Below, piece by piece: positions 11,030-23,931 of a stretch of DNA of 64,000 nt. Numbering within the stretch: the stretch's first letter is position 1; each line of letters opens with the position of its first letter. The notes under the pieces were generated by a model. That model saw nothing but the letters and a program-made list of their open reading frames with translations, had not been told where the DNA came from and did not search any database. The stretch comes from Priapulus caudatus. Taxonomy: Eukaryota. Made by a program: the position numbers and the translations under genes. The stretch covers positions 222,575 to 286,574 of the forward strand of contig NW_014577084.1 of NCBI RefSeq assembly GCF_000485595.1, read 5' to 3'.

Positions 11030-13931
11030 GATGGCGGCTATGGCGGCAACAACAATGGCGGCTATGGCGGCAACAATGATGGCGGCTATGGCGGCAACAA
11101 TGATGGCGGCTATGGCGGAGACAAATCTATTCAAGGCTATTCGGGAGGATACGGACCCGGCGTACATGCAGCAGGAGGAGGAGGAGGAGGAGGAGGCGGC
11201 GGCTACGGAGGTGGCATTGCTGGTGGCATTGGAGGCCATGGCGGCGGCATCGGTGGTGACATCGGACATGGAGGCGGCAGAGCCGGTCACGGAGGAGTCG
11301 GGGGAGTGGTCGGAGCCGGATATGGCGGCGGCGGAGCCTCCCAGGGATACGAATACAACTACGGATCCGGCTACGACGATGCCGGCGGCTACGGCGGCGG
11401 TGGATACGGAAAGGGACAAGGCAGAGCACAGAGCGGCTACGGACAGGGCATCAGCGACACTGGAGTCTATGGCGGACAGCATGCCGGCCAGTACGGAGGC
11501 AAGGGCCGTGGCGGTCACGGCAGAGCTGGTTACGGTGGCGGCGGATACGGAGGCGGCTACGGAGGCAGCCAGGGTGGATACGGCAGTGGTTTCAGCGATG
11601 GTGGATATGGTGGAGGACATGGCGTCGGTGGTGGTGCTGGAAACTACCCAGTCGGTGGAGCTGTTCTTGACAAGGATCAGGCCGGCGCATACCCACAGCA
11701 GCCTTTCAACGGTCAGCCAGGACAGGAAGCATACGGACCCCAGCAGCCAGGACAGAACGCATACGGACCCCAGCAGCCAGGACAGAACGTATACGGACCC
11801 CAGCCCCAATACCAGGGAGAATTCACACCGCAAATAGGAGGTCAGGGACAATTCGGTCCGCAGCAGCAGCAGCAGCAGCAGCAACCATCGCAATTCATCC
11901 AGCCAGGACAGGACTACGGTCGTGGCCTCATCACACCGCAACAGGGAGGTCAGCAGGTTGGTGAGGCCGTCAGCGGCCAGGACGTCGTCCAGGACATCAG
12001 CACTGAATGCGATGCCGCTCGTCGCACGATGCGAGTCACCGTCAAGATGGCCAACGGTTTCCAGGGACAAGTGTTCGCCCGCGGTTACTTCGGCCAGCCA
12101 CGTTGCTCCAGCCAGGGCTACGGCTCCAACTACATGCAGTTCGAGATGCCACTCGACGGATGTGGTACAGCCGAGACCCCAGACGTAAGCCATCAATGTT
12201 GCATTAGTTGTTGTTTTTTAACTTGGATTTCCAATCATATTTATTCAATATATCATCTTCTTAGCGTGCATCTGAAAATGTGCGATCACATAATCTGAAA
12301 CCCACGGCGTATTGCCGATGTAGCATTTGGCTAAGTTCTTTTCATTTTTTCTCTACAGCAGAGCCAGCTCTATCAGCAGGGAAATCCAGGCTTCACCTAC
12401 AGAAACACGCTCATCATGATGGGACATCCAGGAATCCTGGGCAGCACCGATCGCGCATACACCGTGCAGTGCCAGACCGGCGGCACCGTGCAGCCAGTCA
12501 ACATTGTCAACGAGGTCGGAAACACGAACCCACCCAACGTTTTCATGAAGGTATCCAACGGCAAGGACCCGAACTCCACTCCCTCCGAGGGCTTGACTGT
12601 CGGCGAGACCGCAACACTGTCGATCAGCCACAAGGAAAATCGTAAGCACGAACACGTAGATGCACGCGTAATTACTTAGAAAATCTTGCACCAGGCGTTC
12701 AAACATCACATTATAGCACATTATCACTTTATAGCACACGCACCCCTGTGGAAAATTCCGTACACGCTCAAAACGAATAATATATATGTATATTTATTTA
12801 TTTATTTATTAATTAATTATGTACATAATATAATATATATGCGCTATTCTTTCTATACAGCTACTTGGGACGTCTACGTGACCAACTGTTATGCCCATGA
12901 CGGCGTTGGTGTCAACAAGGTTCTTCTCATCGACGAGGATGGCTGCCCAGCTCACGACCCCGAGTTCGTGTCATCCATGCAGCACGACCGCCTCGTCAAC
13001 GGCGATGTCGTCCACTACACCAACTTCCAGTCATTCAAGTTCCCGGACAAGAACAACGTCTACTTCCAGTGCACGGTCGAGGTCTGCAGAGACAAGTGCC
13101 ATAGGGTAAGTTAGTAATAATGGCGGACATAACAACGAGACACGCGGCGTTCCTATACATTACGCGTTATACACCGACGAATTTTAATGCGAGCGGATAT
13201 GCTTGCTGTACTCATCCTCCATTGATGAATTTCCGTGACTTGTGTGGAAGCGTATTAAATTCTATTGCCGTCTCGCCACTTTGCAGTCGACATGCACAGC
13301 CACGCCCAGCAATAGGAGAAAGCGTGACGCCAACGCAACCGAAGTCATTGAGAATGAGATCGAGGAGCAGAAGCCAAGGAGCAAGGACACGGTTGAGGAG
13401 GAGATCGAGGTCTTCCGTGGCCTGACGATCATTCTCCCAGGCGAACAGCCCATTCCACGCTGTAAGTCATCGCACAGCAATCACCATTTAAATTGTTTCA
13501 GTCATTAAAAAAATAGTTTTACTTTTTTCAATCACCATTTAAATTCTTCCAGGCGAACAGCCCATTCCACGTTGTAAGTAGTGCACAGCAATCGCCATTA
13601 AAATCATTCTTCATAGAACGAATAATTAGCTAGCATCTACACGATGACGAATAACTTAAAAATAAAATAAAAACGCGATCGTTGATCTCGGATGCACTGC
13701 GCCTCGTATACTGATGTTCCTCTCGATATCTTTTCTGCAGACTGGAATGCCAGATACGCCGTACAGGACGAGATGTGCATCACAAAGACCGGATTCGCGT
13801 GGGGTATGGCCATCATGGGCGGTGTGCTAATAGTTGCAATCATTATCTGTGTGCTGCTATGCATGCGCACACGGAACGAGAGCCGAAAACACTTAGACGC
13901 TCCTGAACACTTCGTCATGTCTAAGGCATAA
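11030..13931 (+). CDS. C-terminal part of the ZP-domain protein (cuticlin/dusky-like architecture): Gly-rich and QPG repeats, ZP-N, ZP-C, furin site, TM helix
   Basis: Exons ~11030-12184, 12359-12641, 12861-13105, 13287-13461, 13741-13931 with GT-AG sites and consistent phases. ZP hallmarks: ECD..MRVTV..FQGQVFARG..C..CGT, VGETATL, VYVTNCYAHDG, LIDEDGCP, FKFPDKNNVYFQCTVEVC. Also RRKR, an EHP-like EIEVFRGLTII and TM segment FAWGMAIMGGVLIVAIIICVLL; stop TAA ends at 13931. Confidence 0.9.
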
Positions 13932-14273
13932 AACAAAAAGTATTAGGTTAGATATATTTGTAATTTATATGAAATCATCTCTCTGATAAATAATTCCGGC
14001 ACTTTGTCAGGCTGACATGGTATCTCACCAAATATAGCATGTTTTTGTATTAATGCATTTCACTAATATTCACTCTCGTGCGTATTCGATCATGACGTTG
14101 TGGATAGAGAGCATATTCATTTTCATGAGCTGCGTATGTACAAAGTCATTTCGTATCTCACCAATTGTGATGTAACTCTAGAGCGCCGGGAATCGAATCC
14201 GGGGAGGTATGTTGTAATATACCGGGACAACCAGAGGTGGGTGTCGGTGCGCTGTCACAGCATTAACTTCGTT

Positions 14274-14480
14274 GATCGTTCATTCACTTCACCGATCATT
14301 CATTCACCTCGCCGATCGTTCATTCACCTCGCCGATCGTTCATTCACCTCGCCGATCGTTCATTCACCTCGCCGATCGTTCATTCACCTCGCCGATCGTT
14401 CATTCACCTCGCCGATCGTTCATTCACTTCGCCGATCGTTCATTCACCTCGCCGATCGTTCATTCATTCCATCGATCGTT
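14274..14480. repeat. 20-bp minisatellite (gatcgttcattcacctcgcc) x ~10
   Basis: Directly visible near-perfect head-to-tail array with no spacers, downstream of the ZP gene. Confidence 0.95.
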
Positions 14481-15663
14481 CAGTCATTTTTCGATTCTCC
14501 ATTACCTTCGCTATCGTCGTTCACTCATTTCATTCAGCGTTTTATCAATCATCACTCATCGTCTAGGAACGTACGTCTAAGTGTACAAAGAATTAAATTT
14601 GGGAAGTACGTTTCTAGCCGCAATCATATTCATTCATTGGCCTACGTGTTGTCTTGTTATATAGAGATTCAGTGTACAATTATATTGTATTAATGTATTG
14701 TATCGTACTGTATTAATGATATTGTATTTATGAGGCGATTTTATACAAATCAAACGTGTAAGCGCACGAGCACTTGTAAATTAACACTAGTAGAAAAATT
14801 ATCGTGGATAATTGTTGAGGCTGCGAGTGAATATTCAAAGTCCCAATAACCAAACAAGTATTAATACAATCGAGATTCAATGCACGTTAACTAGTAGAGC
14901 TGCTCTACTGTTTTGACTAGACCAGTAGCGGTGAACATAACCGTATTAGAATACGATATACGATCGCAATGGCAGTGTAACTTAATTGTGTTAGCTGCAT
15001 AGTACCTCTCACTTTAGATCGGAGTGTAGAATACAAAAACACAGTGGCGGATATGGTGCATAAGAGTAGACTAAACTATAGTGCCAAACGGTCATTGGAT
15101 ACTTCTAAATTCACGTGGTTGACTCGGTAATTATGTGGCAGTTAATAATAAATCGGATTCTATGTAAGATACGATTCTAATAGAATCAGATTATGTTATG
15201 GTGTGACAGTAACTTAAGCTTACACACGGTATGTCATACAGTTTGTTTACTATTTATGACAAAATACCGGCGTACGCGGAGGTATACTATAGTTCTAATA
15301 ATTTAAGCAAGCTGTATAATATGGAAACTAGTGGGGTGCCTATAACAATTGTAAGTAACACAATCATTAGAGAGCCAAGGTTAACGCTGGGGAGTTTTTA
15401 TGCACAGTAGTCAATAGTCATTTACAATAAGCATAATTCGTGTTTTCAACATTCACTCATCTTCGTTTACTGTCCAATGATCAGTGACACGCGTGCGGCC
15501 ATATTCGATATCATTTGAAGCCATTACCATCTCATAAATGGTATTTTAACATTGTTTTATAATGAAAAAAGTCACGTTATAAAAAAAACTATGTTGTTAT
15601 TTTGTCGTTATTAACACCGTGTTGAAGCCTAGCTACCAACTCGTATATACATATAAATCGGTA

Positions 15664-15717
<54 letters not shown>

Positions 15718-16896
15718 TTATTTATTTATATATATATATGAAAAGGAACATCAATGCACACATATTTCACGCTTACCGCGCTTTTATAATTCGGAACCTC
15801 AGCGTATAAACACAGACCTATAGACATATCGACCTGCGTTTGACGGCATGCATGCCGCGCCATCTACTACACAGCCAAATATGACGTCACTCAGTGACCC
15901 TGACCGTGACCGACGCGACGACCACAAATCAGTGCGCGCGGCCGCGTAACGAAGCAGGCGACCTACAAAACACCGTAATCGGATTCCGCGTTGGCCGCGC
16001 ACATGCTGACATACTAAATATTCTTGGCGCGTGGACGGAGCACTGACTTTACCGCTCCCAGCTATAAACGCCCGTGGCGCAGCACGCACAATAACTGGAA
16101 CAATAGGAGGCGATGTGTGAAGACGATATCGCGCGCTACCTCGCATTGTACCCAGTAACGGGGTCAGGTCATTGGCGAGCTTTGCGCCACCCTCTCACGG
16201 CTGCCGGAATGAATGCCGCACGCTTTCGCGCCTGGCTGACCATCCATTGATGTTGCGGCAGACATCCGCATATATGCGAATCTCAGCGGCGTATCGTGAC
16301 GGTAGAGGTCATTCACCGCGGGCCGGCCCCGCGCGCGTTGCAACGGTCCGCTCTACCAGGTGACCGCTATCGCGAAAATTACACGTCTTTTATAATTTCT
16401 TACCACCGTGAATCGATCGCCAGTGACAGCAGGCTTAGCGGTGGGAGGGACTGGGAGCTCGCCGCCACGGCGCTGATAATGACCGTACGACCGGCGCTGT
16501 CTCCTTCCGCGCACGCCTTATCGCCAGATGGCGATCGCTCCACTACTCGCCATATAAGTCTTCCTTGCGAACAAGCTCGCTGATCGTGACCTGCTGACTG
16601 AATCTGACCGAAAGACGTACCGCTTCGGGATCTTTATAGCGAGCCGGATGTAACGGTTGTCGCGCTAGAGAGAAAAATCGTTCTTATTATAGAATATAAT
16701 AATATAGCCGTCTTGATGTGTGGGCTAACGCGAAGGGAATGTTGTTCGTCATACGATATACGACGTTAAACGATAGGCGAATACACCAAAACGCAATCAT
16801 TCGTGAAATTTATTCGACATAGGGCTATTCATATGATCGTCTTGTGAGTTTCCTCATTCCAACAAAATTTACTTATCCTTTATGTAACAGAGGTGG

Positions 16897-16998
<102 letters not shown>

Positions 16999-18302
16999 CC
17001 CTATATATAACTTTTTGCATATTTAGATCCAGTAAGCGAGTGAGCCGGCCAACAATTACGATTACATGGACAATTTATTAGGCTGATTAATATTCGCAGC
17101 TCAATTATAAAATCTTCGTTCTTGTAGAAGTCTTGATGTTCGCCACTAATTCTGCTAACATCCATTATCTTATTCACTATGAAACTAGCGCTGGTTTAAG
17201 TAATGTTGGGTGCAGAATGAATGCGTTGAAATCAGTAAAACTATCAAGAAACACGTAAGTATAGCCCCAGTTTACTAGCGTCTTTTAAACAGTTCCGTTT
17301 AGCGAAACAACAAATTATTGCAATAACTAATGATGCGATAAGTTTTTTTAAGACACAGCAAAATAATCACAGCATTTCAATAAAATCACAAAACTTTAAA
17401 ATGTGAGAAATAGAAGTGGGTGCCGAAAATAGTGTTGTACCGTAGTAAAAAGTTATTGTCGGCCAAATCATCTCACCAATCGTAATAATATTTTTCAAAA
17501 ATTAAATGATTGATTGATTGATTAAATGAAATAATTAAATTTAAAAATCAATTATAATGAATATGTATTATGAATAATATAACGTATTAATGAGTAGTTA
17601 ACCGTATACTCTAGATAGATATTAACATACACATTTGTATAAAGATCTGCCACGTTTATTGAAATAAATATAGATCGAATAACGAGTCACAATAAACGTA
17701 AATAATAAATATTGGGTTGAGATGCTGACACGTAGCTAAAATGTAGATAGTTGGCTCAGTCAGCCATAGGGATTAACATCTGTGTTATTATGTCATTAAT
17801 AAGTTATAAGTTATTACTGTGGAATGTTATTATGTTTATCTATATTATCAAGATGCACATTTCTGTAGGAACAGTAGGGGAAATCTATTATATTTTCAAA
17901 CTGGCCTAGTATATGTGGCTGCTGATGGTTTTTGATGGCGATGATGATGATATGGCGGTGGACGCCAAAAAGTAGGGCAAACTACCGCTTGGCACACGGT
18001 GGCACGTCCTGTCCGCGAGAGCAAAGTACACACGCACCAACACTCTGCAATTACTGAGCAGCGGAAAGAGAAGAAAATTATTCACCACAACAAACGAGCA
18101 AATGTAGCAACTTCTGAACAATTCAAGTTCACTATGCTGTGGAGTAGAAAGTGAGAAAATGTATTATGACGTATGCCCACTCTGTTACTCATTAGGATGC
18201 GTGAAGTCTTAAGTAAATAGCGCAAATTACTGAGCGGTTTGTGTATAGGTAGAAATGTAGCTATACCCTAGTTTTATATACACACACGCACGTACGAACG
18301 CG

Positions 18303-18402
18303 TGTACGCACGCACACACACGTATGCGCGCACACACACGTATGCGCGCACACACACGTATGCGCGCACACACACGTATGCGCGCACACACGCACGCGCG
18401 CA
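18303..18402. repeat. 18-bp tandem repeat (cgcacacacacgtatgcg)
   Basis: 4-5 copies visible; gives the spurious YARTHT ORF. Confidence 0.9.
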
Positions 18403-19470
18403 CACGGATACTTTTAAGATGTGCATTTTTCCTATATGCGTGTATAACTACCGTTATTTTTGTCTAATACCTAATGCGTCAAATACACATACAAGATGCG
18501 TGCCAAAGCAGCAATGATAAAAATAGCGATTAGCCTATCTTTGAAAGGTACTCCAATTTACCTGGATGAGAAAATTCTAAAAATATGAACGTACGATCAT
18601 TGCATTTAGCGCCACCTGGTGTCGAAATTGCTAGAAATATGTAGTTATTTCCATTCTTTTACTTTGCATAGGTGGTTCATAACCCCTGGTGGTGGTAACT
18701 GGTAACTAGCTAATATCAGGAGGAATACTGATCATGTGGAGATTTAGGGGGGACCGACTTGTATAGAGACAAATAACCCATGTATACCGTGTATGTGCAT
18801 CACACACCCAGGAAATAAGGCAGATACGAGAGAAAGTCGATAGACAAGCATTACGCACTACTTCCGTCAATACATATTGCGTTTATTAGCAATTAATACA
18901 GCAATTATATACGGAGAGAAAATATATGGTGCAACAACTCTTTTACGGATTTACCTCAACGTATTTGTAATTAAAAATTCTAATTAAACGTCCGTTATGT
19001 ACAGAATAACTAAACTGCATATTATTTCGCAGTCAAATTACTTTATCGTGCTCTCCTTTTTAATCTTTGCTAAGAAATCCCACACGAGACATGTGAACAG
19101 GTACCATTTGCCCATACCTCACTACTGTTGGAATAGGAGAGCCTATAACATGGAACACAGCAAATTATCCATGCTGCAAATGCTCTCTCTTCCATGCTTT
19201 TGTGAATTATGCAATAATATTTACAGCAACTGTAACCATAATAGCAGGATAATATCATAATGGTTACAAGGCCAGATTGCAATGTGATTGAGTAAACTAT
19301 CTCAATCCTACCAGCTAACAGATTTTTTATAAATTACAATGACATTTAAACGAATTTTTTTAATGAGTTTACTATAGTAATAAGGAAAAGGCTTATTTTA
19401 GTATTCATGGTAATACAAACGTTTTTTTACAATGTATTTCCCAGTTTTTAATATGCATATGGAACTTTCT

Positions 19471-22400
19471 TTACTGTCCACCAGGGACAATGTTGCATCT
19501 GAAAGGGAATCAAAAACATGCGTTACAGTCACACATAATACTAAAATTGTGATAAATTGATTAAAGATTTACCTATAAAATAACCATGACTTTTAAATAA
19601 ATTTGGCTTTTAAATAAAAAATATACGTGGGTTCAATTTTCCTTCTTGGTACCTAATACAGTTGTGCTACAGATTCAGTACATTAAGAGATAGGAACTTA
19701 TTGTATGTTTATTATGACAATCACTTGGGAAATATATCAAGTGCTTGAGCATTTCAGAGGCATTATATACAACTTGACTTCATGAATTATACAAATGAAA
19801 CTTAATGTAAAAGGTTTCAATTTGAATATTTCCTCATTTCCTTAACAAAAATCAGGATATAATATCGATGTCACTCACTTCTACCAAAATGACACATAAC
19901 TACAAGTAACAGAAAGTGTATTGTTAAAATTTATTACCCCAGCAGTCCTCTTCCTGGCCATTTCTTAGGTTCTAATGTTAACCTCATCTCTCTACCATTC
20001 CTGTGCACCAGAACATTTACATGAGCCTGCAATTAGAGTAAAAGCAATTAGGATATGCAGTAAAATGCATGAATATATTTATACATATCTATACATATCT
20101 ATGCATAAGGAATACTTCCAGAACAAACGCTTACTTTTTGTATTTTTATATGACATTAAGCGGTTCTATCAGAAGAAATACCATGGCTATCACTATAAAG
20201 TATAAAGTCAAATGAAATGATAAAACAGGCTCTTAATAATTATTGGCATAATCAAATATAATGACCAAGTAAATATTTGATAAAACCTCTTAGAACATAC
20301 TTACCCCCAAACTGTGTTGCACCACAGCAGCGATATCCTGAAGAGACTTGAAGTTTTCTGAGATTACGGAACCAAACTCTACCAAGCCATCACCAACTAC
20401 CAAACCCTGAAAACGTAGAAATCTATTACATGACATGAACTACGTTGACAGAGAACAAATTTGTGTAAGTTTTATGAATGCGAAAACATGCAAAATTCTA
20501 AGGCAATCAAGATTTTCCCAATTTCTAAACATTAGGTGCACCACTCTGTCAGAATCTGTAGTTAGATTCACTATATCGGTATATAGCTTTTGTGGATGCA
20601 CATAAATAAATCAGACATGTTCCAAAACACAAGTACACTCTAATTACATATATATTTACGTACAACAATGGGTTTGATCATAGTGCACATTAATATTCGG
20701 GTTTTGATATGGAACCAAAACTGCTTCATGAGCATAAAATCACATTGCTTGCTATGCACAGATGACCACGTGGGTTGTTACTCAGGTTTGGCGCTCTTAC
20801 TAGAATTGTCATACAATATATGCCTACACAATGTTTGTCAGTATATATAGCATACACGAGTGAAGCAGGAAAATATTACGCATAGCAACAGTTAATGTAA
20901 AGATATCACCATACTTAGCTGAGAAGTCTGGTAAACATATGTTCGGAGCAATTTTACTTACAGCTTGCTCTGCTGGAGAACCTTCCGCAACGCTATTAAC
21001 ATGTGCAAAGCTGCTTCTCGGCTTCACCGGTTTGGTCGCTGCTACGGGCTCATGGTCTCCCATCGCAGCTTTTCTTGCCTTCGCGATAGCGTGCAACGCA
21101 TGCAGATTCTCTTCGATTTGCTTCATGATTTCTTTGTGGTCAGTATTTAGGCCTGTTAGGAAATGATCATTGCATAATTTAAGTAGCATTTTGTGAATAA
21201 TTGTTGCACCAGGTTTGCTATAAGAACTCCTGTAATAATTATAGCGTAGATCATGTCTCACTACATTTGTCAATGTCGAAACGACAATCCTGAACCTCAC
21301 ATAAACAAACTATGAAAACCAATAATTTGATAGAAACATTTGTAGTACATACATAAATTAAAAAAGAAAAGAAAAACGCAGTTTGCAAAATTAACAATCA
21401 ACATACAGTGTACTTTGTGGCGAGTGTGGCGGACTAGATATACATCAACATCTTGACGTGGGTAGTCTTCAGCATCTATGAGCGCTTGATGCATTCCAAC
21501 ACCTTTTTCCTAAAAATATATGGAGAAAGCACATATTATAAACAAGGTCATAACCAGTTAGAGCTGAGAATAATAATTAAGGAAATAATAATGTATGTAA
21601 CTCAATCATGATTTTGTCGATCTGTGCAAAATAAAAACCACTCAACTATGGGCAAAATATATTGATACAGCAGATTCTTGGTTGTTTATCCAAAGACAGT
21701 GAAATAGGAAGATGTAAAACCTCAAATCTCCAGATGAAAGATACAATTTAAGATTCAGCATGCTCTACACTGAATAATTTTATACCTACTCCTAGGGTTA
21801 TTGATCAGATGAGGTTACGGAGTTAGGGTTAGGTAAATTATATACACATTGCTTTTAACACTTTGACTGCTGCAATGGCTTCAGACTTTTGGTGCTCTTG
21901 GTGAAGGTTGTATTGGGTCATCACAATAGCTGTCCTGGTTGGCAGGCTAAATGCTGAGTCAAAGTGTTATAGTAAATAGTTGTACATTCGGAGCCTGGTC
22001 AATATTTGACCACTGTCAGACAGAATTAAGCCCAGCACACTGATTCTGAGCCTGAGGACCCTGGCCTGACCACGACCATGACCAGGACTGACTCTATGAT
22101 GAATGTATATCTAATGTATGTAATTATGTTATGATGAATCTATGTTATCTCTATGATAAGCCCAGATGAGATACACTGAACATGGAGGGCGGTGGTAACT
22201 GCCATTACTGATATCAGTGATATGATGTGAAATACACGAACTTGGGAATCGCGAAAAATACGCAAAAACACGTGAGTAGCATCATTAGAACGCTGTTTTG
22301 TTCTGCCGTCCTGCGAACGAAGGACATATTTCTGGATAGATATGAATAGGCAAGAGCCAAGACCATGAAGAGACCTGTGGATTATAAAGTCTCTACCCCC

Positions 22401-22928
22401 CACATTTGCTAAAATCAGGGCCGGGGTCCCAAACTAGAATTTGCCATTAGGTCCAGGGGACACCAATTGTAAATTTGTATTCAATCAATAGTCCCCAATA
22501 GTACTATTAGTAGAAGTAGAGGCACACTGCACGGTCTACGGCCAACTCGCACCCACATTGTGGTGAGTTCACCCGAAGGGAGATCGGTGAGCTCAACTCG
22601 TGGGATGAGTTCACCTGTCTGGAGATCGGTGAGCTCGCCTCGCCGGCTAACTCGTGAGATGTTTCACACGCCCCAACGTCTTAAATAGAGGCCGCTTTTT
22701 CACAGCTTGGTCCAGCTGCACTAATAAGTCACATGAGCAGTGATGCATAAATACGTTGAATATTTAAATTATAACATTTCCCTGCCATTGCATGTAGCCT
22801 ACCGACTCCAAAGTAGATAATGAGTCTTTTATGTCATTTTCAATCGATTCTTTTTTACTCATTAATTCACTCAAGGTTGCTTTTAAGTTCAATTCCTCCA
22901 AGGTCTGATCCGAAACAGACGCCGACAT
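19471..22928 (-). CDS. PSMD9: 26S proteasome non-ATPase regulatory subunit 9 (p27/Nas2 assembly chaperone, coiled-coil + PDZ), 212 aa
   Basis: Exons 22928-22803, 21509-21407, 21152-20962, 20406-20305, 20026-19938, 19498-19471 (639 nt), all GT-AG and in phase. Peptides GVGMHQALIDAEDYPRQDVDVYLVRHTRHKVHCLNTDHKEIMKQIEENLHALH, FAHVNSVAEGSPAEQAGL, VEFGSV and KWPGRGLLGCNIVP match the PSMD9 family. Confidence 0.96.
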
Positions 22929-23931
22929 GTTGTCACGTTGTTTCGCACATTTATATTTTTTTTTTCTTTCTTTTTTTTTTTTTATTTTTTTTTTGTTTTT
23001 TTTTTTTTTTTTTCTTGTAGTTCTACATTCTCCCACTACGTGGCACCACTAACTGGCACCGAGTCAAATGATGACATTCACCCTCTTGCACCATGCAGTA
23101 GTAAGTTCTAGAATCTAGACCATAACATAGAATAATATGTGTTAAAACGCAATGTATATATATGATATTATGGGNNNNNNNNNNTACGATCAAAAGTTTG
23201 CATGTAAGAATTAGTAATATTGATACAATGCACAGTATACTATAATATATTCTATTTATTCATCTTTATTCACATATATATATATATATATACCCGTGCG
23301 TGTATCAAATGTACTAACTTACATTCAAACGTTTCGACATTGGGGCGTGTGAAACATCTCACGAGTTAGCCGGCGGCGAGACTCACCGATCTCCAGGAGG
23401 GTGAACTCATCCACAGAGTGAGCTCACCCGATCTCCAGACAAGTGAACTCGCCACACGGTGCGAGTTGGCTGGTGGGCCGAGTTGACCGTAGACCCACTG
23501 CACAGCCAGGCATCTAAAACGTCAATGTTTATGTATTCCCTATCGACTAATAATCGCACGTAAATCATGCCATTCAAATGCTCCTCTGCAGCACACAATT
23601 TCACCGCACGCCACTATGCATAAACTAACAGAAAGATGGAAAGAGCTAAAAAGATAGAAAGAATGATAGTACTTAGTAGATATCTAGGGTATCTTTCTGA
23701 AGAAGTGATGAGTGATTGCTGTGTCACTGATAGTGATAGCGCCTCTAGGTTCTAGTATTAATTAGGCAGTGGCTACGGGTACGCCAGGCGTATCTTAATG
23801 TATCGAAGGCTACGGTACGCAGTCCATTGCTTTCATACTTAACGAGACAAAGATGGCGGCGGTGGCGAGATTATTTCGAAATAACGCCTTGGGAAATAAA
23901 TTCACGGATTTGAGAGTTTTACATGAGCTAG

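Noticed and set aside
10856..12196. 446-aa minus-strand ORF and 313-aa alternative-frame ORF
   Set aside because: Shadow frames of the Gly-rich ZP exon; the same applies to 1993-2652 and 2114-2662.
14186..14204. tRNA B-box-like sequence on the minus strand (ccggattcgattcccgg)
   Set aside because: No A-box or cloverleaf could be built; at most a SINE relic.
14274..14480. CRISPR-like appearance of regular repeats
   Set aside because: Head-to-tail units with no unique spacers, no cas genes, and a eukaryotic context.
19931..19940. Apparent PSMD9 stop immediately after GLLG
   Set aside because: The TAA lies inside a phase-2 intron (GG|GTAATA); the conserved CNIVP tail is in exon 19498-19471.
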